A stretch of 64,000 nt of DNA from an uncultured Acidobacteriota bacterium. Lineage in GTDB: Bacteria > Acidobacteriota > UBA6911. Positions 28,752 to 38,617 of the stretch are shown here, one piece after another. Position numbers and translations under genes: made by a program. The DNA is taken from assembly GCA_963809485.1 (NCBI GenBank), contig CAWEJX010000020.1, positions 960,001-1,024,000 on the forward strand, given 5' to 3'. The notes beneath the pieces are model-generated. The model was not told where the DNA came from. It ran no database searches and saw only the letters and a list, made by a program, of their open reading frames with translations. Positions within the stretch are counted from its first letter, which is position 1; each line of letters starts with the position of its first letter.

Positions 28752-29837
28752 ATGCGCCTGACAACCTTGCGGATTATGGTCTTCACATTGTGGGTTGCAG
28801 CCTTCGCATCCTGTTCTTCCGGAGATAAACCGGGAATGTACAAGATTGCACTGGTGCCCTCCCGGAGCGGCCAGCACGGCATCTTTGTCATGAACTCGGA
28901 CACCTCCGGCGGAAAGCTCCTGACTCCCGAAGCGACGGCCCGCCTGAGCAGTTCCTCCTGGTCGCCTGACGGAAAGAAAATTGCGTTTTATGCGGCGCCG
29001 CGCCAGGACGCTGAGCTGGCCGGCAGTTTCCAGATACTGGGCCATCAATTACTCTATGTCAGCAATTCCGCAGGCGGCGGCGAGAAGCGACTGCTCAGTT
29101 TCCCGGTCAGCGATTTTGAATGGTCGCCCGATGGTCAAAAACTGCTTTACGTATCCGCGTCTGAAAATCCGGAACGCCTGGACCCGGCGGTCCTGCGCGG
29201 AACCAAAAGCCTGTTAAGCGCCATCTATGTTCTGGATCTCCCTTCCGGGGAACGGAAGCGTCTGACGGATTTCGGGCTGAACTGCTCCGGCGCGTGGTCA
29301 TCCGACAATGCACACCTGGCGCTCAGCCTGGGCAGCGGCTCGGGCAGTGACCTTTACGTCGTAAATCTGAACAACGGGCAGACCCGCCGCATCACCGATT
29401 CGCAGGACATAAATATTGCGCCGTCCTGGTCTCCGGATGGAAAGACCATTGCTTATGTATGCATGGGATCTCCGGGGAAGGATAAGGATGCGGGAATCTA
29501 CAGGGTCGACTCCGGCGGGGCCAATAAAATACGCATTTTCGACCGGATGGCTTACAAGGCGGCCTGGTCTCCGGATGGCAAATCGGTCCTGGTGCAATCG
29601 GCTACAGGCATTTACCTGATCCCTGCATTCGGGGGTCAGGCGACGGAGCTGTACACGGGTAGAGGACGCCCGCTGGATGCCGTATTCAGCCCCGACGGGC
29701 GGAAGATTTTATTCCGCAGCAATCACGAAGATGCCTGGCAGTTGTATTCGGTGGACTTGAACGGCGGCAACCTCAGGAGAGTCACTCATCTAAGCGCCGC
29801 ATCATTCTGCGTTTCGCCTCTGCTCTCGAAAGACTGA
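28752..29837 (+). CDS. TolB-like PD40 beta-propeller lipoprotein
   Basis: Lipobox-like FASC; repeated WSPDG[KQ] motifs. Confidence 0.88.
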   Translation: MRLTTLRIMVFTLWVAAFASCSSGDKPGMYKIALVPSRSGQHGIFVMNSDTSGGKLLTPEATARLSSSSWSPDGKKIAFYAAPRQDAELAGSFQILGHQLLYVSNSAGGGEKRLLSFPVSDFEWSPDGQKLLYVSASENPERLDPAVLRGTKSLLSAIYVLDLPSGERKRLTDFGLNCSGAWSSDNAHLALSLGSGSGSDLYVVNLNNGQTRRITDSQDINIAPSWSPDGKTIAYVCMGSPGKDKDAGIYRVDSGGANKIRIFDRMAYKAAWSPDGKSVLVQSATGIYLIPAFGGQATELYTGRGRPLDAVFSPDGRKILFRSNHEDAWQLYSVDLNGGNLRRVTHLSAASFCVSPLLSKD

Positions 29838-29872
29838 TCGCTCGACTCATGCTGGAGTTTGATGACTTGGCC

Positions 29873-30080
29873 AACTGCCTCGGCAGAGCCGGAGGCTTGA
29901 TTGTTTACCACTCAAAGCGGTTGGATGATCTTCGCTGCCTCCAACCGCCGACATGGGCTGGCAAGAGGTGAATGTTGCCTTTTTGACGTTCGTCAGTGTT
30001 TTGTCAGTGTAGGTCGGCGTTCAATGATCCCGGAAGCATCAAACTCTGTGAGTCCCCCACCAGAGACGGATTGCCAGCCT
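29873..30080 (-). mobile_element. IS200/IS605-derived miniature element, copy 5 (divergent or degenerate interior)
   Basis: Retains CGGCAGAGCCGGAGGCTTGA...CTCAAAGCGGTTGG and TCAAACTCTGTGAGTCCCCC; interior only weakly similar to the other copies. Confidence 0.65.
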
Positions 30081-30082
30081 AG

Positions 30083-30476
30083 TCAGGTACTTCCGGCAAA
30101 GCCGGTGGCTTGAAAGATTTGAACCGCTCGAAGCGGTTGGACTAGTTACGCCGGTCTTGAACGCTGACTTACGCGGGCAAAAGCCGATGAGGCGCTTCCG
30201 ATCCCCGCAGGGGCCAGCGCTCCGCGCTGGACAGTTTTCTGCGGCGGCACTGTGGCAAGCGCCGTGCGGCAAGGAGATGAAGGGTATGTGAAACCGGGCG
30301 TTTGCCACAGTGCCGCCGCAGAAAACTCCATCGGAAGCGCCTCATCGGCTTTTGCTCGCCGACCCTCGCCGAACAAATCGGCGTTTGTCAGCGCTTTTAT
30401 CAGCGTTTCTCAGCGTTTCAAAATACGGAACTGTCAAACTCTGTGAGTCCCCCAGCAGAGCCGGGTTGCCAGCTTA
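30083..30476 (-). mobile_element. IS200/IS605-derived miniature element, copy 6 (long)
   Basis: Nearly identical to copy 3 including the nested hairpin; abuts copy 5. Confidence 0.87.
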
Positions 30477-30477
30477 T

Positions 30478-32661
30478 CTATTCCGGCTTCACCGGACCGC
30501 CCGCGTTTCCCTTGTCGATCATGACCATGAGGGATTCATGGGAATGAAGCAACTTGGACAGCGCCTCCTGGCCGGATTCCCGCGTCTCGCTCTTTTTTGC
30601 CCAGCCGGGCTCCACCATTGCCCATAATTTCTCGCGCAGGTTTTCCGGCAGGATGCTGTCCAGATATTCCGCAGCCAGGCCGCGCAGCGTCTTGTCTTCG
30701 GTATGCAGCACGCGAAAGGCGATTTTGACCGGCTCGCGCGGCAGCACCGTGGCGAACAGGGAGAACACATGCTCCAAGCTTTGATCGGCACGCTCCCGGA
30801 GAATATCATCCAGAAAAGCGTTCGGATCTCCGGACTGGCGCTTGTCAATGAGCCGTCGTGAATTCCATATTGGGTGCGCGACCTGGAGTTCGCGCTCAAC
30901 CGCCGCAAAAACTGCATCGGGAGGGACTTTAAGATCAGGCCGGCGCAGAAGCAGAGCGTCGAGCGCGCGTGAGCACTGAAAACGCACTTCAAACCGGCTG
31001 TCGGCAAGGCCGGCCAACAGGCCGTGGGCGGCCAGTTGGGAATTGCAATAGGTCAGAATTCGGGGGATCCGGCGGCGGATGCCGAACTGGACCTCGTCCT
31101 GGTTCGTGAGATGGTCCACCAGAAGCCCCGTGATCGGATCCGGATTACGCTTCAGCGCCGCATGGACAGCGTCGCTGACATCGTCCCAGGCGAGCAGGCG
31201 CACCAGTTGCGCGGCAATCACGGGTGTCAGGCGCGTAATGCCTTTGGTCGCGGCGATAATGCGCTGGCTGTCTCCGGATCGCAGTTCGCGTATGGCGTCG
31301 AGCGTCGGATCCACCACCCTGGCCGGAGCGGTTGAGAGATTGGGCGGTGCCGTCGCACCCTGCGAAGCGGGTTTGGCACCCGGAATACGAACCAGCACGC
31401 TCCGGGATGTGGAATCCTGAAGGTCCGCAAGATCCAGCTCCACGGCCCGGTCCACAAGCCGCTGCTGCACAAGCCCGGAGTAGGCCGCATCGAGCCTTCG
31501 CGAAATCCAGATCCCGAACACCGCCAGGGCCAGCGCAATCCCCAGCAGCCCCGAGACTATGAAGGAGGAACCTATCCATAGCAGCAGTTGAACAATCCCC
31601 CCGCCCAGTGCGTCACCCGCCCGGTCAAAGGCAACGTCTATCAGTGTCTTTGCCGCGCGCTTCTCATTCGCGGGCACAGGCGTATAGAGCAGCTCGTACG
31701 CAGAACGATAAAACGATCCGCGCAGGACATACTCCAGGGACCGGGCTAGAGTGAACATCGAGAATGCCGGTATCAACAGGGCACTCAAAGCTCCGGCGCC
31801 CACTCCGACAGGCAGTGACGCGATCGTCCGGCCGATCCCGAACTTGTTGAGCACCCGGCGCACCAGGAAAGTCTGCACCAGAAAAGTGATAACCTGCGTG
31901 GAGGTATAAAATACGGCGAAAAAGCGCAGCAACTGAGCGCCCTTGCCGAAGTCTTCGCGGGCAGCCGCCTTGAAGAGATAATCCAGTACCGCTGCCGAAG
32001 TTGTCCCCGCCAATACAACCATGGCAATCATAAGCAGGTAGGGAGCGCGTCGGAATAATTTTACGCGCGCCAACGGCATATCGGGCTGCGGGAGCGGGAG
32101 CCGGGGCGATACGCGGCGGAAGGATATCAGGACAAAGAAGCAGAGCAGGTGAAATGCCGACAGGAGCAGCAACTCCTCGGCGGCCCATGATCGCGCTGCC
32201 ATGCGCTCGGCGATGATGCCGCCCATGATCCCCCCCAGAGTGCCTACCCCCGTGATCCGTCCGAAGGCTTGCCTTGCGGCGCGTGGGTCAAAAGCCTCCG
32301 TCATTAGCGACCAGAAGCCTGATAGGAGTATCGCGCTCAGGGCGACAATGTGGAAATAAACGACCAGCGACCATTTCGCCGGCGAATCCGGCCCGAAATA
32401 ATACTCGGTGAAGTGCAATAAAGAACTGAGGAAAAATCCCGCAGGGACCATGGTGGCGGGACCGAAACGGCTCATCAGGCGGGAAAAGACAAGCACCATG
32501 ACTACGGAAATGAAAGCCGCAGCGATAACCACTTTCGGCAGATCCGAGGCAGGGTAGTTGGACAAAAAGTACGAATCCCGGACAGCTTTTCCCGCCACCT
32601 GGTGCGCCAGCATCAGGGCTGCCCCGATCATGGCAATCAACGTGGTCCGGCTGGTAGTCAA
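30478..32661 (-). CDS. MFS/Npt (TLC ATP/ADP translocase-like) transporter fused to HEAT repeats
   Basis: GKAVRDSYFLS, FWSLMTEAFDPRAARQAFG, YELLYTPVP...AKTLIDVAFDRAGD; HEAT-like LLAGLADSRFEVRFQCSRAL. Confidence 0.8.
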   Translation of the reverse strand: MTTSRTTLIAMIGAALMLAHQVAGKAVRDSYFLSNYPASDLPKVVIAAAFISVVMVLVFSRLMSRFGPATMVPAGFFLSSLLHFTEYYFGPDSPAKWSLVVYFHIVALSAILLSGFWSLMTEAFDPRAARQAFGRITGVGTLGGIMGGIIAERMAARSWAAEELLLLSAFHLLCFFVLISFRRVSPRLPLPQPDMPLARVKLFRRAPYLLMIAMVVLAGTTSAAVLDYLFKAAAREDFGKGAQLLRFFAVFYTSTQVITFLVQTFLVRRVLNKFGIGRTIASLPVGVGAGALSALLIPAFSMFTLARSLEYVLRGSFYRSAYELLYTPVPANEKRAAKTLIDVAFDRAGDALGGGIVQLLLWIGSSFIVSGLLGIALALAVFGIWISRRLDAAYSGLVQQRLVDRAVELDLADLQDSTSRSVLVRIPGAKPASQGATAPPNLSTAPARVVDPTLDAIRELRSGDSQRIIAATKGITRLTPVIAAQLVRLLAWDDVSDAVHAALKRNPDPITGLLVDHLTNQDEVQFGIRRRIPRILTYCNSQLAAHGLLAGLADSRFEVRFQCSRALDALLLRRPDLKVPPDAVFAAVERELQVAHPIWNSRRLIDKRQSGDPNAFLDDILRERADQSLEHVFSLFATVLPREPVKIAFRVLHTEDKTLRGLAAEYLDSILPENLREKLWAMVEPGWAKKSETRESGQEALSKLLHSHESLMVMIDKGNAGGPVKPE

Positions 32662-32676
32662 GGTTTCAGCTCCGGA

Positions 32677-34287
32677 TTATGCCTTTGGCAATGAAATCGG
32701 CGCTGCGACTCGGGACTGGCGCGCCGCCCGATAGGAAGACGTTGCCGGCAGATAGGTTTGCCACCATTCAGAAGCACGGTCCTGGGCCCAGACGGGAACG
32801 CCGCAGTCTGCCAAAAGGTCGCTTAGTTCCCGGGCCGATGCCGGCCGGTCCTGAGGCTTCTTGGCAAGACAGCGGAGGATAATTTCCTCAAGCCGGGCAG
32901 GCACCGGCAGTTCGCCTCGCTGCGAGGGCGGAACCGGCTGCTTTTGAACCTGCGCCAGTGCCGTTGCGGTTGCGGTCTTTTCTTCAAACACCGGCGCCCC
33001 GGTCAGCAGGAAATACCCGACGCAACCGAGCCCGTAAATGTCGACGCGGCCGTCTATTTCTACCTCGCCCATAGCGACCTCGGGAGCCATGTAGGCAGGC
33101 GTGCCGGCCGACATTCCTTCGATGGTCAGGTGCCGCGCCTCCGCCGAGGAAAGGTTCTTGACCAATCCAAAGTCGAGCACCTTGATGAAATCGTACTCAA
33201 TCCCGAGATTGCAGGCAAAGATGTTGCTCGGCTTGATGTCGCGGTGGATCAGCGCCCTCCTGTGCGCCTCCTCGAGTGATTCACAGACCTGGCGCAGGAC
33301 ATGAACCACGCGCGCCGCGGGCTGAGCGCCAAACTGGTCCACAAGCATTTGCAGGCTGATACCGTCGAGCAACTCCATGACATAATAAAAAGAACCGTCC
33401 ATCGAAATCCCGAAATCGAAAAGGTAGACCGTGTGCGGACACTGGAGGGAAGCTATCGCCTGGGCTTCGCGTTCGAAGCGCTTGCGCGTGACATCCGATT
33501 GATATACAGGCTGCCCCATCATCAGGTCGTTCCGGACCAGCTTTATGGCTGCGTCGCGCGCCAGCATGTGATGCCGCGCTCTCCACACTTCCCCCATGCC
33601 GCCGGAACCTATGAGCGACACCAGCTTGTAGGAACCCAGATCGCGCGCTTTCTGCGCGGCCGTTTCCATCCCGTAAATCCGCTTCGAGATCGCATAGGTC
33701 ATAAAAGCCATGATGTAGGGCACGTGAATCCAGACCATGAGACGGTTCAGGGGCAGCGCGGTGTTGCCAAACAAATGGATATTCAGATAATAGGCAAGCG
33801 GCCACATGCTTGCCGAGGCCAGCGCGGTCACTAACTTGATTCCGGGCTTGTTCGGGATCAGCAGTCCAACCACGGCAATCCAGAGCGCCACTTTGGAAAT
33901 TCCCAGGACGGGGTGATCCGGGGACATCGGCAGCCCGGTTTCGGTAAAACAAATAGCAAAGGAGACGGCCAACTCGAATGCCAGGCCGAGGTTCAATATG
34001 GCCAAAGGGGACACCAGGCGGAAATGACGGGCTGCGCTGATGCTCAGCGCAAATAAAACAACGGCTACCCATGTCCACAGGATCGGCGGCGTCTTGAGCA
34101 ATCCTGCCATTTCCGGCTGCATCGCGCGATGCACAAACGCCGAAAAGATAATCAAGCCGGAACAGATCACCAGAACCCAGCAAAGCCTCTGGACGGCGCT
34201 TTCGACCATTTGGGGCGCGAGAGTAGGCTTCGCAGACGCATCGGACCGCATCGCTGACGGCGTATACGCGCGCTCAATCTGGTGCAT
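32677..34287 (-). CDS. Ser/Thr kinase with N-terminal multi-TM domain
   Basis: About 6 TM helices, then IGSGGMGEVW, AIK, HRDIKPSN, DFGLVK, GTPAYMAPE. Confidence 0.93.
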   Translation of the reverse strand: MHQIERAYTPSAMRSDASAKPTLAPQMVESAVQRLCWVLVICSGLIIFSAFVHRAMQPEMAGLLKTPPILWTWVAVVLFALSISAARHFRLVSPLAILNLGLAFELAVSFAICFTETGLPMSPDHPVLGISKVALWIAVVGLLIPNKPGIKLVTALASASMWPLAYYLNIHLFGNTALPLNRLMVWIHVPYIMAFMTYAISKRIYGMETAAQKARDLGSYKLVSLIGSGGMGEVWRARHHMLARDAAIKLVRNDLMMGQPVYQSDVTRKRFEREAQAIASLQCPHTVYLFDFGISMDGSFYYVMELLDGISLQMLVDQFGAQPAARVVHVLRQVCESLEEAHRRALIHRDIKPSNIFACNLGIEYDFIKVLDFGLVKNLSSAEARHLTIEGMSAGTPAYMAPEVAMGEVEIDGRVDIYGLGCVGYFLLTGAPVFEEKTATATALAQVQKQPVPPSQRGELPVPARLEEIILRCLAKKPQDRPASARELSDLLADCGVPVWAQDRASEWWQTYLPATSSYRAARQSRVAAPISLPKA

Positions 34288-34458
34288 TCAAATCTCCTTT
34301 TGGATTCGAGTGTAGCACCACCGCAGGATCCGGCAAAAGCATTCGTTTGATTGAAGGTTACGGCTCACACGTTGCAGGATGCGGTCAGCTCAGATCTATA
34401 ACCTCTATGGACATGCTCCGCTGCACGCATCGCCGGGGAATCCTACGCGAAATATGGA

Positions 34459-35286
34459 CTAGAGACTCTGGCATTTTCCGCAGAAGTAAATGCTTCCGCC
34501 CAAGTAACTTTCTTTTTTGATCCTGGTTCCGCAGATAGGGCAGGGTTTGCCCGCCGTATTCCTGGACAGAATTGTCCGGTATCCGCCGCGGCAGCCGTAG
34601 AGATCCGTCTCGGTATCCCTGCCGCCGCCTTTCTTCATGTCCGCCAGTGTGGCTTTGACGGCCGTAAAAAGCTTCTCCCGGTCATTATCCGAAAATGCGC
34701 TTACCTTTTTCTTCGGATGCATCCCCGCGTGGAAAAGGATGTCCTGCAAAACTCCGTTGCCCAGACCCGGGATGCGCTGCTCGGTAGCCAGAAAAGCTTT
34801 GGCGCTGAGCTTCCGGACTTCAGGCGACGATACCATCCGGGAAAAGTAAGTTTTGCTGAATGCGGCTGAGAAAGGTGAAGGCTTTTCTTTGGCGACCTTA
34901 TAGTAGGGATTGTCCAATCCTCCTTCGACGAAGCAACCCATCCCCCCGTACATCTGCACGGATCCGCTCACTGCCGTCCCGTCCTCAAATTCGATCAGCA
35001 GCTGGTGTCTTGCAGGGCGGGGCTGATTCCGCTCATGGAAACGGATACCGACGCCTTCGGAGAATAAAATAATTGCTTCTCCCGCCTGAACCTCAACCAT
35101 GCCGCCGCTGGCGAAGGCCTTGCTGACGGTTTTTCCAGCCAGCAGATCGGAATATTTTCCACGGTCACCATAAAACCAGGCCAACTTGTGGGGAGTGAAG
35201 CCAGCCGTGATTCTGCTGATTTTCCGCTTCGCGAGAGCTTTATTCAATTGCCCTGCAATGACCTGAGCTTCCGGTAGTTCAATCAT
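34459..35286 (-). CDS. Fpg/Nei-family DNA glycosylase (endonuclease VIII-like)
   Basis: MIELPEA N-terminus, H2TH motif IPGLGNGVLQDILF, zinc finger CPICG...FCGKCQ. Confidence 0.88.
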   Translation of the reverse strand: MIELPEAQVIAGQLNKALAKRKISRITAGFTPHKLAWFYGDRGKYSDLLAGKTVSKAFASGGMVEVQAGEAIILFSEGVGIRFHERNQPRPARHQLLIEFEDGTAVSGSVQMYGGMGCFVEGGLDNPYYKVAKEKPSPFSAAFSKTYFSRMVSSPEVRKLSAKAFLATEQRIPGLGNGVLQDILFHAGMHPKKKVSAFSDNDREKLFTAVKATLADMKKGGGRDTETDLYGCRGGYRTILSRNTAGKPCPICGTRIKKESYLGGSIYFCGKCQSL

Positions 35287-35316
35287 GGTTTTCCCCCTGT
35301 ATTTTTGGAGCACGTT

Positions 35317-35348
35317 TTCCCCGGTAGAGCCGGGGTAACTCCCAATGG
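35317..35348 (-). repeat. Solo end-hairpin of the miniature element family
   Basis: CCCCGGTAGAGCCGGGG...CCAATG matches the end at 23351-23380. Confidence 0.5.
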
Positions 35349-35363
35349 AGTAAGGGCTCCACA

Positions 35364-35813
35364 TCACTCCATGATCTCAAGCAAAGCCATATTGGCGGTC
35401 TTGTGAACCATTCTTCGGGCATCCGCTTCGCAAAGGATTTCCCCGATTACGGCTTCCCCGACCAGCCAGACTGTGACTCCCTTCTGGAAACAGCCGGCCA
35501 TCGTCTGTCCAGCCCGGCCCACCGCCCCATGCATGTGGAGCACCGGACGGCCGTTTTCAGCCGGCGCGATAATTCCGCTGGCGAATGCATCCCCCGCCCC
35601 TTCGACCGGCAAAACAATCGGGTCCGGCCGGGCGTCTTCGGTTTTGCGGGGTCCGGCAACGAGATTGCCCTGGAAAATTCCCCCGATGAAAACAACCTGT
35701 GCCAGCCGGATTTGCTTTTCCGCCGCAAAGTCCTCGATGCATTTCGGAAGCGGATCACCATGCTCGAGACGCAAAACAAACGTCCTTCCTGCCTTGCCTT
35801 CCATTGCCTTCAT
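35364..35813 (-). CDS. PPC/DUF296 domain protein
   Basis: GRTFVLRLEHGD, FIGGI, PVLHMHGAVGR, MAGC. Confidence 0.87.
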   Translation of the reverse strand: MKAMEGKAGRTFVLRLEHGDPLPKCIEDFAAEKQIRLAQVVFIGGIFQGNLVAGPRKTEDARPDPIVLPVEGAGDAFASGIIAPAENGRPVLHMHGAVGRAGQTMAGCFQKGVTVWLVGEAVIGEILCEADARRMVHKTANMALLEIME

Positions 35814-35941
35814 CGCCAAGCTCCTGCCGCAATATGTTTCACCCGCGAACTCATTGTGTGGTATGCCGGAAGAAAGGGGCCGAGGCGCAGCATAGCACAG
35901 CCGCTGCCGAAAGGAGCCTGGATAAAAATTCTTGAATATAG

Positions 35942-36165
35942 TCAGGTACCTCCGGCAAGGCCGGAGGCTTGAAAGATTTGAACCGCTCAAAGCGGTTGGA
36001 CTAGTTACGCCGGTCTTGAACGCTGACTTACGCGGGCAAAAGCCGACCCTCGCCGAACAAATCGACGTTTGTCAGCGCTTTTGTCAGCGTTTCTCAGCGT
36101 TTCAAAATACGGAGCTGTCAAACTCTTTGAGTCTCCCGGCAGAGCCGGGTTTACCAATTTAATTA
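35942..36165 (-). mobile_element. IS200/IS605-derived miniature element, copy 7 (shortest internal variant)
   Basis: Same ends as the other copies; the internal junction reads CAAAAGCCGACCCTCGCC. Confidence 0.85.
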
Positions 36166-36382
36166 ACTGTTTTGCGCGAAGACGCATACCCACATGAAAT
36201 ATCTCGTGGTCGATTGTGCAATCAGCTTTCAATTAAAGAATGACTGGTGCCGATAATAATTTTTGCGAACTCATTATGGATTTTTCTGATACGATCGATT
36301 GGATTGAAGCTCAATTCCATTTGTTCCATACTCCTTGTATTGGAACAAACCTGAACCGGGAACCGTAATTCAGTCTTGAGCA

Positions 36383-37339
36383 ATGCTTATGAAGCCGTCA
36401 TTCAATGTGTGCAAAGAACCAGGATCGAAAGTCCGGCTTCTGCTGATTATGTTTCTGTTTATCACGGCCGGCTCCGCCTGCTCGGTACGGAAGATCGCGA
36501 TCAAGAAGCTGGGAGATGCCCTGGCTCAAAGCGGGACAACTTTCGCTTCCGATAACGATCCTGAGCTTGTAAGGGATGCGCTTCCTTTCAGCCTGAAACT
36601 GATTGAGAGCCTGCTGTCGGAAAGCCCGAGGCACCGCGGACTGCTTTTTGCTGCCTCAAGCGGCTTCACTCAGTATGCCTATGGTTTCATCCGTCAGGAT
36701 GCGGATGAGATGGAACCCGAGGACCTGGCCCGTGCCCTGGAGATGAGAGCGCGGGCACGCGCCCTGTTTCTGCGGGCGCGCGATTACGGAATACGCGGCC
36801 TGGAAATCACCCACCCGGGTTTCTCCGACGCACTGAACAAGGATCCCGCGCTGACCGTAAAGGCCGCAAAGCCCGCCGACGTGCCGCTGCTCTACTGGAC
36901 GGCCGCGTCCTGGGGCCTTGCCATAACTCTATCGAAGAACGAGCCCGCCTTGATCGCTGACCAGCCCGTTGTGGAGGCACTGGTCGATCGAGCGCTCGAG
37001 CTGAATGAAGCCTTCGATCAAGGCGCCATACATTCCTTTCTAATCAGCTATGAACCCGTGCGGCAAGGCGCGCCGGGAGATCCGCTCGAGCGCGCCCGAA
37101 AGCATTTTGACCGCGCCCTGGCGCTCTCGGGCGGACACCAGGCCGGCCCGTTCGTTTCGCTTGCAGAATCGGTATCCGTGGCCCGGCAGGACCGGCGCGA
37201 GTTCCGGTCCATGCTCGAAAAGGCACTTGCCGTGGATGTGAACGCGAAGCCCGAATATAGGCTGGCAAACCTTATAATGCAGCGGAGAGCCCGATGGCTT
37301 CTGTTACGCATCGACGAGCTGTTCTTGAGCGCGGAGTAG
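36383..37339 (+). CDS. tatT: TRAP transporter T-component (TatT) lipoprotein
   Basis: Lipobox GSAC; DNDPELVRDALPFSLKLIESLL, LLYWTAASWG, ARKHFDRAL; directly upstream of dctP. Confidence 0.85.
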   Translation: MLMKPSFNVCKEPGSKVRLLLIMFLFITAGSACSVRKIAIKKLGDALAQSGTTFASDNDPELVRDALPFSLKLIESLLSESPRHRGLLFAASSGFTQYAYGFIRQDADEMEPEDLARALEMRARARALFLRARDYGIRGLEITHPGFSDALNKDPALTVKAAKPADVPLLYWTAASWGLAITLSKNEPALIADQPVVEALVDRALELNEAFDQGAIHSFLISYEPVRQGAPGDPLERARKHFDRALALSGGHQAGPFVSLAESVSVARQDRREFRSMLEKALAVDVNAKPEYRLANLIMQRRARWLLLRIDELFLSAE

Positions 37340-37382
37340 TTATTAGTTATTAGCTATAGGCTAATAGGGATTAGGGATTAGG
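37338..37382. repeat. Short tandem heptamer repeats (TTATTAG/GGATTAG)
   Basis: AGTTATTAGTTATTAGCTATAGGCTAATAGGGATTAGGGATTAGG. Confidence 0.6.
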
Positions 37383-37576
37383 TAGAATTGGGTAATGCGG
37401 CGATGGGGCGCAAGAAAACAGCGCAACAAAATGGCCGGGATTGGGAGCAGGTATAGAAGAAGCCGAAGGGCGACGCTTCCGGTCTTTGGATGGGATTGAC
37501 AAAATCCCCGATCAGCAAAAATGCCAGGGATTCAAATCACGGATCTGCTGAAACAAAGGCATTTGGGAGAGATTGA

Positions 37577-38617
37577 ATGAAAAGGAAGAGGGGCTTAACC
37601 GCGACCATCGGCTTTGCAGTGCTCGGAGTGTTCCTGATCGCCTTCGTACACGATGATACCAAAGCCATGGATCCGGTTCCCATACGGCTGGGCACTTTGG
37701 CGCCCACCGGCAGTTCATTCCATACGGCCCTCATCGAAATGGGTCAGAAATGGCGCAACGCAAGCGGCGGCGCCGTTAAATTAACCATATATCCGGATGG
37801 AACGCAGGGCGGCGAGGCCGATATGGTGCGCATGATGCGCGCCGGCATCCTGACCGCGGGCCTGTTCACGGTCGTCGGCCTTAGCGAAATCGACTCATCC
37901 GTCGGATGCCTGTCCTTTCTTCCCCTGACATTCCGTTCCTGGGAGGAATATGACTACGTTCGGGAGAAGATGGCCCCGAAGCTCGAAAGGCTGCTTCTGG
38001 AGAAAGGCTTCGTCGTCCTTTTCTGGGGTGACGCCGGATGGGTGCGGTTTTTCTCCAAAACGCCGGCCATACGCCCAGACGACTTCAAGCAGCTGAAGAT
38101 TTTCACCTGGGCGGGAGATGCCTATCAGGTGGACCTTATGAAAGCATTGGGCTATCACCCGGTGCCTCTGGAAACAGCCAATATTCTGCCGGGACTGCGA
38201 ACGAACCTGATCAACGCTATTCCGCTTCCGCCAAGCCAGGCTCTGCTGGGCCAGTGCTACACGGCAGCGCCCAACATGCTGGCGCTGAAATGGACTGTTC
38301 TCTCGGGCGGAGCCATAATCCGTAAGGAAACCTGGGACAAAATCCCTGCCGATGTACAGAAACAGTTGCGCGAAGCAGCCGCCATGGCAGGCAGTAGAAT
38401 CCGCGCCAGCGATCGGAAAGAAGACGATGAATCCATAGCCGCCATGCAGAAAAAGGGATTGGCCGTGCATCCGGTTACGCCCCAGGTCGAGGAGGAATGG
38501 CGGAAATTGACCGGGATCATCTACCCCCAGCTGCGCGGGAAAAAGGTGCCGGCGGATATCTTCGATGAAGTGCAGCGCCTGGTTTCCGAGTACCGGGCAA
38601 AAGGAACAGGTAAATGA
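37577..38617 (+). CDS. dctP: TRAP transporter substrate-binding protein (TPAT P-component)
   Basis: IRLGTLAPTGS, IYPDGTQGGEADMVRMMR, FWGDAGWVRFFSK. Confidence 0.9.
   Translation: MKRKRGLTATIGFAVLGVFLIAFVHDDTKAMDPVPIRLGTLAPTGSSFHTALIEMGQKWRNASGGAVKLTIYPDGTQGGEADMVRMMRAGILTAGLFTVVGLSEIDSSVGCLSFLPLTFRSWEEYDYVREKMAPKLERLLLEKGFVVLFWGDAGWVRFFSKTPAIRPDDFKQLKIFTWAGDAYQVDLMKALGYHPVPLETANILPGLRTNLINAIPLPPSQALLGQCYTAAPNMLALKWTVLSGGAIIRKETWDKIPADVQKQLREAAAMAGSRIRASDRKEDDESIAAMQKKGLAVHPVTPQVEEEWRKLTGIIYPQLRGKKVPADIFDEVQRLVSEYRAKGTGK

Noticed and set aside
11051-36165. Dispersed repeats as CRISPR or TnpB/IscB guide-RNA loci
   Set aside because: Copies are kilobases apart and no nuclease gene is in the window; IS200/IS605-type end hairpins explain them better.
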